Shown here one piece after another: positions 19,375-28,034 of a stretch of DNA of 64,000 bases. The number at the start of each line of letters is the position of its first letter. The stretch's first letter is position 1. Both the position numbers and the translations under genes were made by a program. This DNA comes from a virus (taxonomy: Duplodnaviria > Caudoviricetes), in the IMG/VR virus record IMGVR_UViG_3300034161_000018, positions 128,001 through 192,000 of that record. One strand, 5' to 3'. The notes beneath the pieces are model-generated. The model ran no database searches, was not told where the DNA came from, and worked only from the letters and a program-made list of their open reading frames with translations.

Positions 19375-20469
19375 ATTCTTCAACGCGGCCAACGTATTGT
19401 TTGCGATGGCATCGTAAATCGTCACGCGTTCATGGCCGCGCTTTCCGCAAACAACATCGGTTCCGTCGATCTTGGAATGTTGCGCGTGACCGCAATGCGG
19501 ACAGAAAGCCATGTTGGTAAACAGATTCACCGGGTTGACCATTCGTTTGTGTTCGACCGCACCCAGCAACATCAGACGCTGAACTTCGTTCATCAAAATG
19601 TCGAGGTTCAAATAATTCCAACTGACTTGCATTCCGGGCGTGACCGGCAAACAGTAACCGAGAGTCGAATAGCTTTCGACAATCTCTTTCGCAAACTCCG
19701 GCGCAAACTTGTAGGCGCGTGTTTCCATTTCGTAAGAACGCGCATCGCGATCCCGCGCAGCCTGACGGAAATCGTGATCCATTGGTTCGGTTGCGTCTCG
19801 CATCCGTTTGACTGCGCTGCCCGCCGATTTCGATTTCAGTTCAACAAAATACGCATAGTCTTCTAGGCCGCGTGGCTTCAACGCTTTCTGTTCCGTCGAA
19901 CAAAACATGATTGGCGTTTCGCGAACTGGCGTCATCACCATAATCGCCGCACCACTAACGGACGGGCGAATGTCGGATTCCACAATTGCTTTCGCGTGCC
20001 AGTTTCGGTAAACGTGATTGCTCCGCACAAACTCCACAAACAATGCGTTTTTGGTTTTGCCGTCTTTCGACAACTCGCCAAGGTGCGGCAGTTCCATGCG
20101 TTGGTTGTCGCTGCGAATAATCGACAGTGCAAACGATCCGGAAGTGCGCTCGCGTTCCAAATAAACCGCCGCTGTGTAGCAGTCCAAGTGATTGCGAATC
20201 GGGGCGAAAATGCTTTTCACTTTCAGCGATGCGCCTTTCACCAGTTCCGGATATTTGGAAAGGGAATCAACGCCCATTGCTTCGTCTTCGTGGCTGAGCG
20301 CACGAATGATTGTTGGATAATCGACTTCCTTACCGGCGAGAATCAGGTAACGCACTTGTGCAAACATTCGCTGAAAGATTTGCTGATACGCTGCACAAAC
20401 TTTTTCAAAACGAGCGGACTGCTCGGTAGTCGGGAAAATGGAAATTGCATTGTACGTGTGAACTTTCAT
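19366..20469 (-). CDS. TnpB-like protein with degenerate RuvC (predicted nuclease-dead, TldR-like)
   Basis: N-term SIFPTTEQ (IS605 OrfB HTH-like), MELPHLGEL WED strand, EIVESYSTLGYC (RuvC-II, E absent), CPHCGH Zn finger, YDAIANN (RuvC-III NAAxNI-like, D absent); GAGGTG SD. Confidence 0.75.
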   Translation of the reverse strand: MKVHTYNAISIFPTTEQSARFEKVCAAYQQIFQRMFAQVRYLILAGKEVDYPTIIRALSHEDEAMGVDSLSKYPELVKGASLKVKSIFAPIRNHLDCYTAAVYLERERTSGSFALSIIRSDNQRMELPHLGELSKDGKTKNALFVEFVRSNHVYRNWHAKAIVESDIRPSVSGAAIMVMTPVRETPIMFCSTEQKALKPRGLEDYAYFVELKSKSAGSAVKRMRDATEPMDHDFRQAARDRDARSYEMETRAYKFAPEFAKEIVESYSTLGYCLPVTPGMQVSWNYLNLDILMNEVQRLMLLGAVEHKRMVNPVNLFTNMAFCPHCGHAQHSKIDGTDVVCGKRGHERVTIYDAIANNTLAALKNKL

Positions 20470-21190
20470 GTTGTTTCACCTCATAATATGGCTCGGCGGC
20501 GCGGGCGTGCGCTTGCCGGTCGGCGGGTGGCTCGCGGTGTAATAGCTTGCCAGTCCTCGCTCCGCTTCGGACTGTGGTTAGACTTTGAGCGTTAGCGAAA
20601 GGTCTAAGCATTGTAAGCGATTAGAAACAGTTAAGACGTTAAAGGGCCATTGCTTCTAATGTCTGGCCTGTTTTCCAAAAAGGAAAATTCAGGCAGAGGT
20701 ATCCCTTTGTTTTCAACGGTTCATGCACAACCAGCTTCCGCTGTCTGCGTTTTGAACCAGAGCGGGGCCACGTTTCTTTGCTTTCTTGGGTTTTGCTAGC
20801 TGCGCTAGCCAATAACCGTCGAGTGGCTACGCCACGTCTCCGGTTACGTTTTCCTTCGGAAAAGCAATTGTGCTTGCACGCTTCAATCAATCACAAACAC
20901 CAAATGGAATTCAACTGGACAACGCATTGCATGCAGCCTTTCTCGCTTCGCTCAATCATCGCCCCACCAACCTCCGGTACGCACCCCCAGTTTACACTTT
21001 TAAAAAAGGGGTCGTTTTCCGGAACGTTTACGGAATCATTCCCGAATCAATATTTACGACTTTGCGTATTAACGTGTGTGGGAGCCTGCCAGAGCTATGT
21101 AGGTGCTGACTTTTTGATTAAGCTATTTTTATTCGGGAAAGAAACGAAAAAAGCCCGAATCCGCGTGAACGGAAACGAGCTTTTTGTTTT
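20470..21190 (-). ncRNA. candidate structured ncRNA (possible guide RNA) or origin; ~720-bp non-coding region
   Basis: Longest non-coding gap in the window; at least seven short perfect stems between 20551 and 20863; variant promoter motif AAAGTGTAAA at 20991-21000 (-). Confidence 0.4.
21147..21185 (-). terminator. Rho-independent terminator after 21192..21758
   Basis: AAAAAGCTCG...CGGGCTTTTTT on the minus strand. Confidence 0.65.
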
Positions 21191-21191
21191 C

Positions 21192-21758
21192 TTACTGCAC
21201 TTGCGATGCCAACATCTGCGCGTACAACTGCGCAAGTTGCGGGTACTGGTCGATTGCAATTTCTGCATTCGGTTGTGGAACGGTGCAGCATTCGTCGGTT
21301 TCCATCGGCGGCAACGGACACGGATCAACAGCTTCCGCTTCTTGCGTTGCCAATCGCGAGAGAACCCATTTGAAAACCTGCACCAGCTTTTCCGCATCCT
21401 CGTAATTGAGGCCGAATGCAAAATCGCGTGCCGGATTATCCGACGCAATCGACTGGTGCTTCTGCGCTTCCAGCTTGCCGACGATTTCCTTTTTCACCGA
21501 ATCCCAAAGGCTGGCGAATTTGTTGGCGTCACGGCTGGTAATTGCGATTGCCAGTTTCTCACCGGTTTCGCGAGAAAGGAATGGCATAATCATTCGCAAC
21601 ATAGCGCTGCGTTTTTCAGCGGGAGTTTTGGCAGCCGCAACCTTCGGCTTTTTGTGTTTGCCTTTCTTTCCCTTCGGCGGTTTTGGTGCGTGATGCTTTG
21701 GTGGTTTGTGACCGCGTGCAATCGCCACCATGTTGTTAGCGATCAGCAATTCTCTCAT
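21192..21758 (-). CDS. hypothetical protein with Lys/Pro-rich N-terminus
   Basis: GAGGA SD; 188 aa. Confidence 0.75.
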   Translation of the reverse strand: MRELLIANNMVAIARGHKPPKHHAPKPPKGKKGKHKKPKVAAAKTPAEKRSAMLRMIMPFLSRETGEKLAIAITSRDANKFASLWDSVKKEIVGKLEAQKHQSIASDNPARDFAFGLNYEDAEKLVQVFKWVLSRLATQEAEAVDPCPLPPMETDECCTVPQPNAEIAIDQYPQLAQLYAQMLASQVQ

Positions 21759-21767
21759 TGGTGTTCC

Positions 21768-21941
21768 TCAGTCGTAAACTTCGATAAGTGGTGTTCCGCG
21801 ACAACCCATGTTCGGTCGGCTGCCGCGTGAATCCGTATCCCATTGATACCAATCGGAGTAAGGTTCTTCGTGCATCCATTTTTCCCAGCGCCCGCCGACT
21901 AAACGCCGATACCACTTAAACTGCCGGAGCATCGGAATCAT
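21768..21941 (-). CDS. small hypothetical Trp/Arg-rich protein
   Basis: MIPMLRQFKWYRRLVGGRWEKW...; fills operon gap. Confidence 0.55.
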   Translation of the reverse strand: MIPMLRQFKWYRRLVGGRWEKWMHEEPYSDWYQWDTDSRGSRPNMGCRGTPLIEVYD

Positions 21942-22557
21942 CCAGCGATTCGACTTCGTGATTTTCTTCACCAGTCGCACCGGCCAGCACAACTTGCTGC
22001 GGCTCTTTGTCTTGTTCGAGGATTTCGTAAATCACGTCATCCTTAATGTGTGCGCTGACCAAACGAATTTCCGCGCCTTCCGAAATCGAAAGAATGTCAG
22101 CACTCACGCCGTCAATCGTGGTGATGATTGCGCCGTGTGGGTCTTCGATTGCAGCTTTGAACATTTCCTGCACTTGCAGAATGTCGGCATCGGTCAAACC
22201 GAGGTCACGGTCGAAAGTCAGATGCAGAATGTCGCGCTTGCCCGCTGGCTTCACGACTTTGGCCGCTTCTACTTCGTCGATTTCAACTTCAAAGTATTGC
22301 TGCAAAACGCCGGTATGGGCTTCGATTGCCACGCCTGCAACTTGAATTGCGGCCAACAGTTCCTGATCCAGTTCCGGCAAAGTCAGGCCGACCAGTTTGA
22401 AAACCGGAACGGTACGACCGCGAACCAGACGGCGCGATTCGGCGCTGTTCACAACGCGGATTTCTTTCGTGCCTTCAAAGAAACCGATTTCGCCAGTGTA
22501 GCCGAGTGGGAAAACCAGAACGGTGAAAGGTTTGAAATGAGTATTTACTTCGGACAT
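21916..22557 (-). CDS. hypothetical protein
   Basis: 213-aa ORF, GAGG SD. Confidence 0.75.
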   Translation of the reverse strand: MSEVNTHFKPFTVLVFPLGYTGEIGFFEGTKEIRVVNSAESRRLVRGRTVPVFKLVGLTLPELDQELLAAIQVAGVAIEAHTGVLQQYFEVEIDEVEAAKVVKPAGKRDILHLTFDRDLGLTDADILQVQEMFKAAIEDPHGAIITTIDGVSADILSISEGAEIRLVSAHIKDDVIYEILEQDKEPQQVVLAGATGEENHEVESLDDSDAPAV

Positions 22558-22802
22558 TTTGGAACCTCTATCAATACAAGTTCATCACGACCTTGCGCAA
22601 CAGCTAATGCCGCGTGCAATTCTTCGTGAAGGTCTTCGCGGGTTAAATCGACCAATACGATTTGGCCGACATTCAGGTGAATTACTCGATCCGCATCATG
22701 CCGACAATTTGTGATTGCCAGTTTGTGATTGAAAGGATTGCGCGCAATATCAATCAACGGATAGTTTTTCGGGTAGACAACAATATGCGTTACTTCATCC
22801 AT
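22545..22802 (-). CDS. hypothetical protein
   Basis: Start MDEVTHIVVY, 7 nt after upstream stop. Confidence 0.65.
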   Translation of the reverse strand: MDEVTHIVVYPKNYPLIDIARNPFNHKLAITNCRHDADRVIHLNVGQIVLVDLTREDLHEELHAALAVAQGRDELVLIEVPKCPK

Positions 22803-22809
22803 TCTGCAC

Positions 22810-23913
22810 CTACAGAAGTTTGTAGCCTTTCGCAATTGCCTTGAGCGGTTCGGTCGGCTGCAACACGCGGGTCTGCACAACCCATTCCAACCGGCGCTGT
22901 TTGGCTGTGATTTTCCGTTCTTTGTCGCGGACTTTCAAAATCATGTTACGGCTCGGGATCACGATAATGTCGCCACCATTCACATCGCCGAGTTCTGGCC
23001 CAAGCACAACCGACATATCGGAAAGCGTGGTCAGTCGGTCATAGTCGAGCGCAATGTTTTCGCCGCTCAAGTTTGCGAATGGTCTTTCGACGCCAAGATC
23101 GAAATCTAGAACAAGGTGCGTGAATTCTTCGACACGAACATAAACTTCATATTCCTGCCCAGCGTGGTCGCGCAAATCTTCCAACGTAATGTCGGTGCCG
23201 TCGAAGCGTTGCACACGTTCCGGCAAAACCACCAGATTGTTTCGGATGGAAACCGTGACCGATTTGAAATACTTCGGCACGATAATCAAAAACGAAACGA
23301 AACCTTGCTCGGCAGTCCGAACCATGCGGTGCGGTGCTTGCGTGGAATCAACGGTGAAGGCGCGCAGGTTTTCGATATTCAGATTTGTGCAAACGGCGCG
23401 CTGCCGTCCGTAAACAGTGAAGCCCGGCTGCAACATTGTGCGATAGCAAATGCCGCAATTGACCGAACCCCGCATAACCGTATCGTGGAATTCGTCTTCG
23501 CCGTCTTCGATTTCGTGGACTGATTCGTCCCGACCGGAAACGTCGTGGATCAACGTGTCTTCATCGTTGTAAAGTTTTTCGCCCAAACCATCGCCGAGGA
23601 AATCGTCATCCTGAAACTTGATTCGGATTCCGTCGTTGCGACTTTCTTTGTGCGGAATGACTGGTGCAATTTCTGTCACGCCATCTTCGGCTTCCGGCAA
23701 AGGTTGCGTATGAGTTTGTGAACAGGAACACGGAACGCCGACCAGTTGTTGAATCTGGTAGAGTTCGATTTCTACCGAATCGACACGCAACGAGTTTTCC
23801 ACTTGCTTGTTGAAAGCGTCAACCGTTTCGTCCAAACGCTTTTGCGCTTGGGGATGCGTGTAGTTCCGGGCGTTGCCTCTTTGGTTTACGAAGCGCCCGC
23901 TTTTGACTGCCAT
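22810..23913 (-). CDS. hypothetical protein, possibly virion neck/head-closure type
   Basis: ATG 23913 after GGAG; PCSC...CGICY cysteines; the track's upstream extension is antisense to ruvC; function is weak inference. Confidence 0.7.
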   Translation of the reverse strand: MAVKSGRFVNQRGNARNYTHPQAQKRLDETVDAFNKQVENSLRVDSVEIELYQIQQLVGVPCSCSQTHTQPLPEAEDGVTEIAPVIPHKESRNDGIRIKFQDDDFLGDGLGEKLYNDEDTLIHDVSGRDESVHEIEDGEDEFHDTVMRGSVNCGICYRTMLQPGFTVYGRQRAVCTNLNIENLRAFTVDSTQAPHRMVRTAEQGFVSFLIIVPKYFKSVTVSIRNNLVVLPERVQRFDGTDITLEDLRDHAGQEYEVYVRVEEFTHLVLDFDLGVERPFANLSGENIALDYDRLTTLSDMSVVLGPELGDVNGGDIIVIPSRNMILKVRDKERKITAKQRRLEWVVQTRVLQPTEPLKAIAKGYKLL

Positions 23914-24012
23914 AAAAAATCCTCCGGTGTCTCCTACTAAATTCCTCAAATATCGGCTGGAATTTTTGAGTTGGTTTGAGGAATTTGACAGCATGACCCG
24001 AGGGAACCAAAC

Positions 24013-24612
24013 ATGGCCAAGGCAAAACAGAAACCCAAAACCATTACGGTAATGGGTTGCGATATGGGCACTGCGAATTTCGGCGTGACCGTAATCAAAG
24101 CAGGCATCGTGGACGGCGTGTTCAAGTTCAAGATCGAAGGCACCGCAATGATGGGCCGGATGATTAAAGACATTACAAACATTCAGCGCGAAGCCGAAGC
24201 GTTCAAAGCGGAATTCGCTCGCTTGCCTCAAGTTGATTATTTGGCAGCGGAAAGATTTCAAACGCGACCGGGTGGCCGGGGCAAACGTGCTGGCGCCGGT
24301 TCGACTGTCGAATCCATTTCGATGATGTTGGGCATTCTGCTTTGCGAACGCGCCGACACGCCAATCGTTTTCTATACGGCAGCAACGTGGAAGAACGCAT
24401 TCAACCGCACAGCCGCTGACCTGAAAGAAATGTATGAGGACACAAAAAAGATCAAGGCGTTTGCGATCCACCAACTCGACTCGACTTTGATTGCGATTTA
24501 TCACGCTTGCAAAATCTTGGGCGTGCCGCCGTTCCCATTCATCACTTCCTATAAGCATGAACAGCTTTTGGTTGAACGCCTTTTGGCTGCCCCGAATCTT
24601 TTTGCGGAATAA
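24013..24612 (+). CDS. ruvC: RuvC-like Holliday junction resolvase
   Basis: VMGCDMGTANFG (first catalytic D), AAERF (E), HQLDS (D). Confidence 0.8.
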   Translation: MAKAKQKPKTITVMGCDMGTANFGVTVIKAGIVDGVFKFKIEGTAMMGRMIKDITNIQREAEAFKAEFARLPQVDYLAAERFQTRPGGRGKRAGAGSTVESISMMLGILLCERADTPIVFYTAATWKNAFNRTAADLKEMYEDTKKIKAFAIHQLDSTLIAIYHACKILGVPPFPFITSYKHEQLLVERLLAAPNLFAE

Positions 24613-24621
24613 AACTGTAAA
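24612..24621 (+). promoter_or_regulatory. AAACTGTAAA motif
   Basis: Exact copy, 34 nt upstream of ATG 24656. Confidence 0.65.
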
Positions 24622-24655
24622 ATAGACATGGAATCTCCCGAAAAGAGGATATAAA

Positions 24656-25084
24656 ATGTCGGAAGTACAGAGTTTGCCAACACCGCTCTACAGAAACTAT
24701 TTCAGTTTGGAAATCTTCCCATTCGGCGAGCCAACCACTGCTGAAAAGTCGCTGCTCAAGCTGATCGAAGATTTGAAATTCGCCAATTGGGAAGTCAACG
24801 GCGACGGAATCCTCGTGACAATCGGCATTGAGGAAACCGAAGAAAATCTGGAACGTCTGCACAAGTTCATCGCGGCCCTGCGCAATAAGGAAGCGATCAA
24901 GACGTTGACCATTCACCGTGAAAACCCGAAGCTGCAAAGTTTTGGTTTCATGATGTTTGACCACCTGATGTTCAAGTCGATGCGCAGCGGCATTGATTCC
25001 AAACTTCACGAAACGGTTTACACGCGGATCACGCTGACCGCTCGCCACTTTGCATTCGGCAAGAAAAAACCCGAAGGTGAGTGA
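24656..25084 (+). CDS. hypothetical protein
   Basis: GAGGA SD, 142 aa. Confidence 0.75.
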   Translation: MSEVQSLPTPLYRNYFSLEIFPFGEPTTAEKSLLKLIEDLKFANWEVNGDGILVTIGIEETEENLERLHKFIAALRNKEAIKTLTIHRENPKLQSFGFMMFDHLMFKSMRSGIDSKLHETVYTRITLTARHFAFGKKKPEGE

Positions 25085-25614
25085 TGAAAAAGCCTGAGCC
25101 GGTTAAGACGTGTCCCGAACATCCGGGCTATCGTTTCAAAACGAAATGCACGATCACCAGTTGCAAGTTTTTCACCGAGCACACAAAGCATCGGTGCATG
25201 GCGTTGGACACAGTGTTCACCGCCTCGGAAAAAGGAATCACTGATTCTGAATTGTGCGTGCTGAAATTTCCTGAGCACGACAAGAAGACAGTGTTTTCCA
25301 TTCGCAAAAGCGCGCAAGACCGCGTTCATGCGATTATGGTTCTCCATCAATTCGCCAAGCATTGCGAAGAACATGAAAGTCAGACCGAAGGCTTTCCGTA
25401 TGTGAAGCATGCAAATCCATTGGTGGATCGGTTGGTGAAAACCAAGGTGTTCAAGCTGCGCCTGTTGGGCCTGAAACCTTGGATGTTGAAATTCCTCTGC
25501 GATGATTCTTACGTCCGTAAGGTTTGTCCGATGGAAGTTAAGTTCCACACCCTTTTCAAACTCAAACCCAAAGAGCTTGAAGAAATCAAAACCTACGTCA
25601 AGGAAAACTCGTAA
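25081..25614 (+). CDS. hypothetical Cys/His-rich protein
   Basis: GTGA overlap; CPEH...C...C...C cluster. Confidence 0.7.
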   Translation: MMKKPEPVKTCPEHPGYRFKTKCTITSCKFFTEHTKHRCMALDTVFTASEKGITDSELCVLKFPEHDKKTVFSIRKSAQDRVHAIMVLHQFAKHCEEHESQTEGFPYVKHANPLVDRLVKTKVFKLRLLGLKPWMLKFLCDDSYVRKVCPMEVKFHTLFKLKPKELEEIKTYVKENS

Positions 25615-26234
25615 TGAGCGAGCAAAACCAGAAAGCCAAACTCAAACTGCTTACCGTGCCTCAAGCCGAGGCCGACACGAAAGAAAGCCGTCTGTACGTG
25701 GTGAACCGCACCAACAATCCGCAAGGCAATATCAACATCACCGTAGTCGGCGATGACGGCCAGAAAACCACCGTCGTGGTTCCTGCAACTTTCATCCCGT
25801 TCGATATGTCGAACTACATTTCCAAAGGCGCTCTGTTGCGCGCTCCGGAATTCCGCAAACTGGTCGCCAACAAACTGATCGTTCTGGCCGACGCCAACGA
25901 AGCCGAAAAGTTCATCGAGTCTTCGCCGCGTGCGCAGCGTGAACAAAAACGTCTTCTGTCTTCCAACGCGAACACCGACGACGACGAATTCTTCGTTGAA
26001 ATCGACGACACCGTGCGCCAGCCGAAGCCAAACGTTCCGGAACAGAAAGCACAGCCTTTCATTCTGGCGATCATCGACCGCGAAAATACCGAAGACGCTG
26101 GCGACCTGCTGGCAGAACTGGATTCGCGTTCGGGCAACATGACCATCGACGACGCCGAATACCTCATGAGCAACACCAAGCAAGCGGCCATCAAGCAATG
26201 GGCCGCCGACCTGATCCGCGAACTGCAAGAGTAA
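25614..26234 (+). CDS. hypothetical protein
   Basis: TAATG overlap, strongly biased codons. Confidence 0.8.
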   Translation: MSEQNQKAKLKLLTVPQAEADTKESRLYVVNRTNNPQGNINITVVGDDGQKTTVVVPATFIPFDMSNYISKGALLRAPEFRKLVANKLIVLADANEAEKFIESSPRAQREQKRLLSSNANTDDDEFFVEIDDTVRQPKPNVPEQKAQPFILAIIDRENTEDAGDLLAELDSRSGNMTIDDAEYLMSNTKQAAIKQWAADLIRELQE

Positions 26235-26240
26235 AAAGTT

Positions 26241-26561
26241 ATGCTCCCGAATTCCAGAAAAGAAATGGAAGCGTTTATCGCCGCAGCCACCGACGGCAAA
26301 TTGGAAGTCCACTGGCTTGAACAAGGCCAGTGTGCGTATCACCCAACCGCAGACGGAAAAATCTTTCTGGAAGAACGGGAAGAACTTTTTATCGGTGCGG
26401 ATGCCGAAGAAAAGCTGAGAGAGTTTTTCAAAGGCGCGACCTTCTGTGGTGAAAAGGGCGTGACCCTGCGCCATCAAGGTTTGCAGAAGTTTGCACCGTA
26501 TGATTTTGCGACCAACACGTCCAAGCCGGGCGGGCACGCAATGGCATTTGCATTTTACTGA
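26241..26561 (+). CDS. hypothetical protein
   Basis: 106-aa ORF ending at terminator. Confidence 0.65.
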   Translation: MLPNSRKEMEAFIAAATDGKLEVHWLEQGQCAYHPTADGKIFLEEREELFIGADAEEKLREFFKGATFCGEKGVTLRHQGLQKFAPYDFATNTSKPGGHAMAFAFY

Positions 26562-26572
26562 TCCATCGAAGC

Positions 26573-26615
26573 AAAAAAAAAGGCCGCAATCCAATTAAGG
26601 AAAGCGGCCTTTTTT
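26573..26615. terminator. bidirectional terminator between convergent genes
   Basis: A8-AGGCCGC...GCGGCCT-T5. Confidence 0.85.
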
Positions 26616-26625
26616 CGTTTCTGCA

Positions 26626-26943
26626 TCAGGGCGTCATTGTTACAGGGAAGTCGAACTCGAAACCCAATTCGGTTTCTCCAAATTTCAAAGTCGCAACTTC
26701 TTCGGCAGTGGTAATGCTCATATCCAAAACGGCATCGAACCGTTCCTCCCACTTGACCATCACAGCGCCAGCCGTGTGAATGATCTTGTCCCGCGCCTGT
26801 CTGTCTTCCGTTGGTTTACCAATCGCGAATGCCAGTGCCCGACGTAAATCGTCTTCAATCATCCGCTTAACTTTTTCGAGAACGAACGGCGGTTCCCATA
26901 CTTGATAATTGTACGGCATGGAATCTTCAAGCTGCGTGCTCAT
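26626..26943 (-). CDS. hypothetical protein
   Basis: Overlaps primase stop; 105 aa. Confidence 0.65.
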   Translation of the reverse strand: MSTQLEDSMPYNYQVWEPPFVLEKVKRMIEDDLRRALAFAIGKPTEDRQARDKIIHTAGAVMVKWEERFDAVLDMSITTAEEVATLKFGETELGFEFDFPVTMTP

Positions 26944-27904
26944 AAACGATAGCCTTTACTTTGTCGATGAATTTTTGAGGGGCGTTGTCCGGATCAAGCT
27001 CAATGATTTTTCCCTTGTCGTCTTTCTTGCGAGGCAGTCGCAGGAATTCAAACGGGATCACACCTTCACAAACTTGTTCGATCAATTCCGCCATCTTGTA
27101 ACCGGCAGCGTCATTGTCGGGAAACGCGTAAATCTTTTCGATACCTAGACCCATAAGGATCATGAGTTTCTTTTTACTAAACATCGAGGAACCGAGAATG
27201 GAGCAGCATGGGATTTTGTTTTTCACCATGCGCAACCAGTCACGCGGCCCTTCCGTCAGTACGATTGCTTTGCAGCCGTACAATTTCTTTTTGCGCATGT
27301 AGTCGTAACCGAGCAGACCGTAATCTTTCGACCAGTCGCCGGTGGTGTTGAAATACGATGGGCCTTTTTTCGGCTTCTCGCGCAACGCACGCACACCGCC
27401 GCGATAACGCCCGTTGATATAGACCGGCAGCACCAACATCAATTCATCAAAACGCATATCGTCGTAAACGTAACCTTCGACGCGATTGATTAGTTTGCCC
27501 GAGTAGGAACGCCATGTCGCACCTTTCGGCCACGGCAAAACGGCGTTACCAACTTCGTCAAACAAACGCTGGATCGTCATGTTCTTTGTGCCGATTTGTT
27601 CGGCCTTCTTTTTATCGAACCGTACCATCGAACCGTCTGTGGTCGCTTCGATGTTTTGCCACTCTTTGATTTCTTCAAGGCCAGCGTGCTTTGCAAACTT
27701 ATTCCAGCCGCCAGATTGTTTGCAGCCGAAACAGTAGAAAGTGCCGACCCGTACTTCTTTTTCCGTACTCATGTTTACGGAACAGGAAGGCGAGCGTTCA
27801 TCATGGAACGGGCAACACACGACGATAGCGTCACCCGTTTGATTCTTCGGCCCTTCAATCTTTTGTAACTCACGACCGATTACTGTAAACGCATCTTCAA
27901 ACAT
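26927..27904 (-). CDS. dnaG: DnaG-like DNA primase (CHC2 Zn finger + TOPRIM)
   Basis: CPFHDERSPS...FYCFGC; TOPRIM VLTEGPRD and FPDNDAAG. Confidence 0.88.
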   Translation of the reverse strand: MFEDAFTVIGRELQKIEGPKNQTGDAIVVCCPFHDERSPSCSVNMSTEKEVRVGTFYCFGCKQSGGWNKFAKHAGLEEIKEWQNIEATTDGSMVRFDKKKAEQIGTKNMTIQRLFDEVGNAVLPWPKGATWRSYSGKLINRVEGYVYDDMRFDELMLVLPVYINGRYRGGVRALREKPKKGPSYFNTTGDWSKDYGLLGYDYMRKKKLYGCKAIVLTEGPRDWLRMVKNKIPCCSILGSSMFSKKKLMILMGLGIEKIYAFPDNDAAGYKMAELIEQVCEGVIPFEFLRLPRKKDDKGKIIELDPDNAPQKFIDKVKAIVYEHAA

Positions 27905-27952
27905 GAAGGAAAACCTCAGTCATGCCTTTAATTTCATTGTATACGCTTGGAG

Positions 27953-27962
27953 TTTACAGTTT
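27953..27962 (-). promoter_or_regulatory. AAACTGTAAA motif upstream of primase
   Basis: Exact copy, 48 nt upstream of ATG. Confidence 0.65.
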
Positions 27963-28034
27963 AGGCGTGTCCGGATACTTGGAGGCCATTTTCCTACAAA
28001 CAATTCGCGTGTGCAGAACCCGCTAAGGTGTCAA

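Noticed and set aside
19366-20469. Active IS200/IS605 or IS607 element
   Set aside because: No tnpA or serine recombinase nearby, no recognisable subterminal end hairpins flanking the gene, and RuvC catalytic residues appear absent.
20639-21448. ORFs in the large intergenic region (20639..20890-, 20778..21830+, 20870..21109+)
   Set aside because: No SD, atypical codon usage and composition; they cross terminators or overlap real genes.
22810-24558. 582-aa ORF as given in the track
   Set aside because: The N-terminal ~215 aa are antisense to ruvC; the real start is the ATG at 23913.
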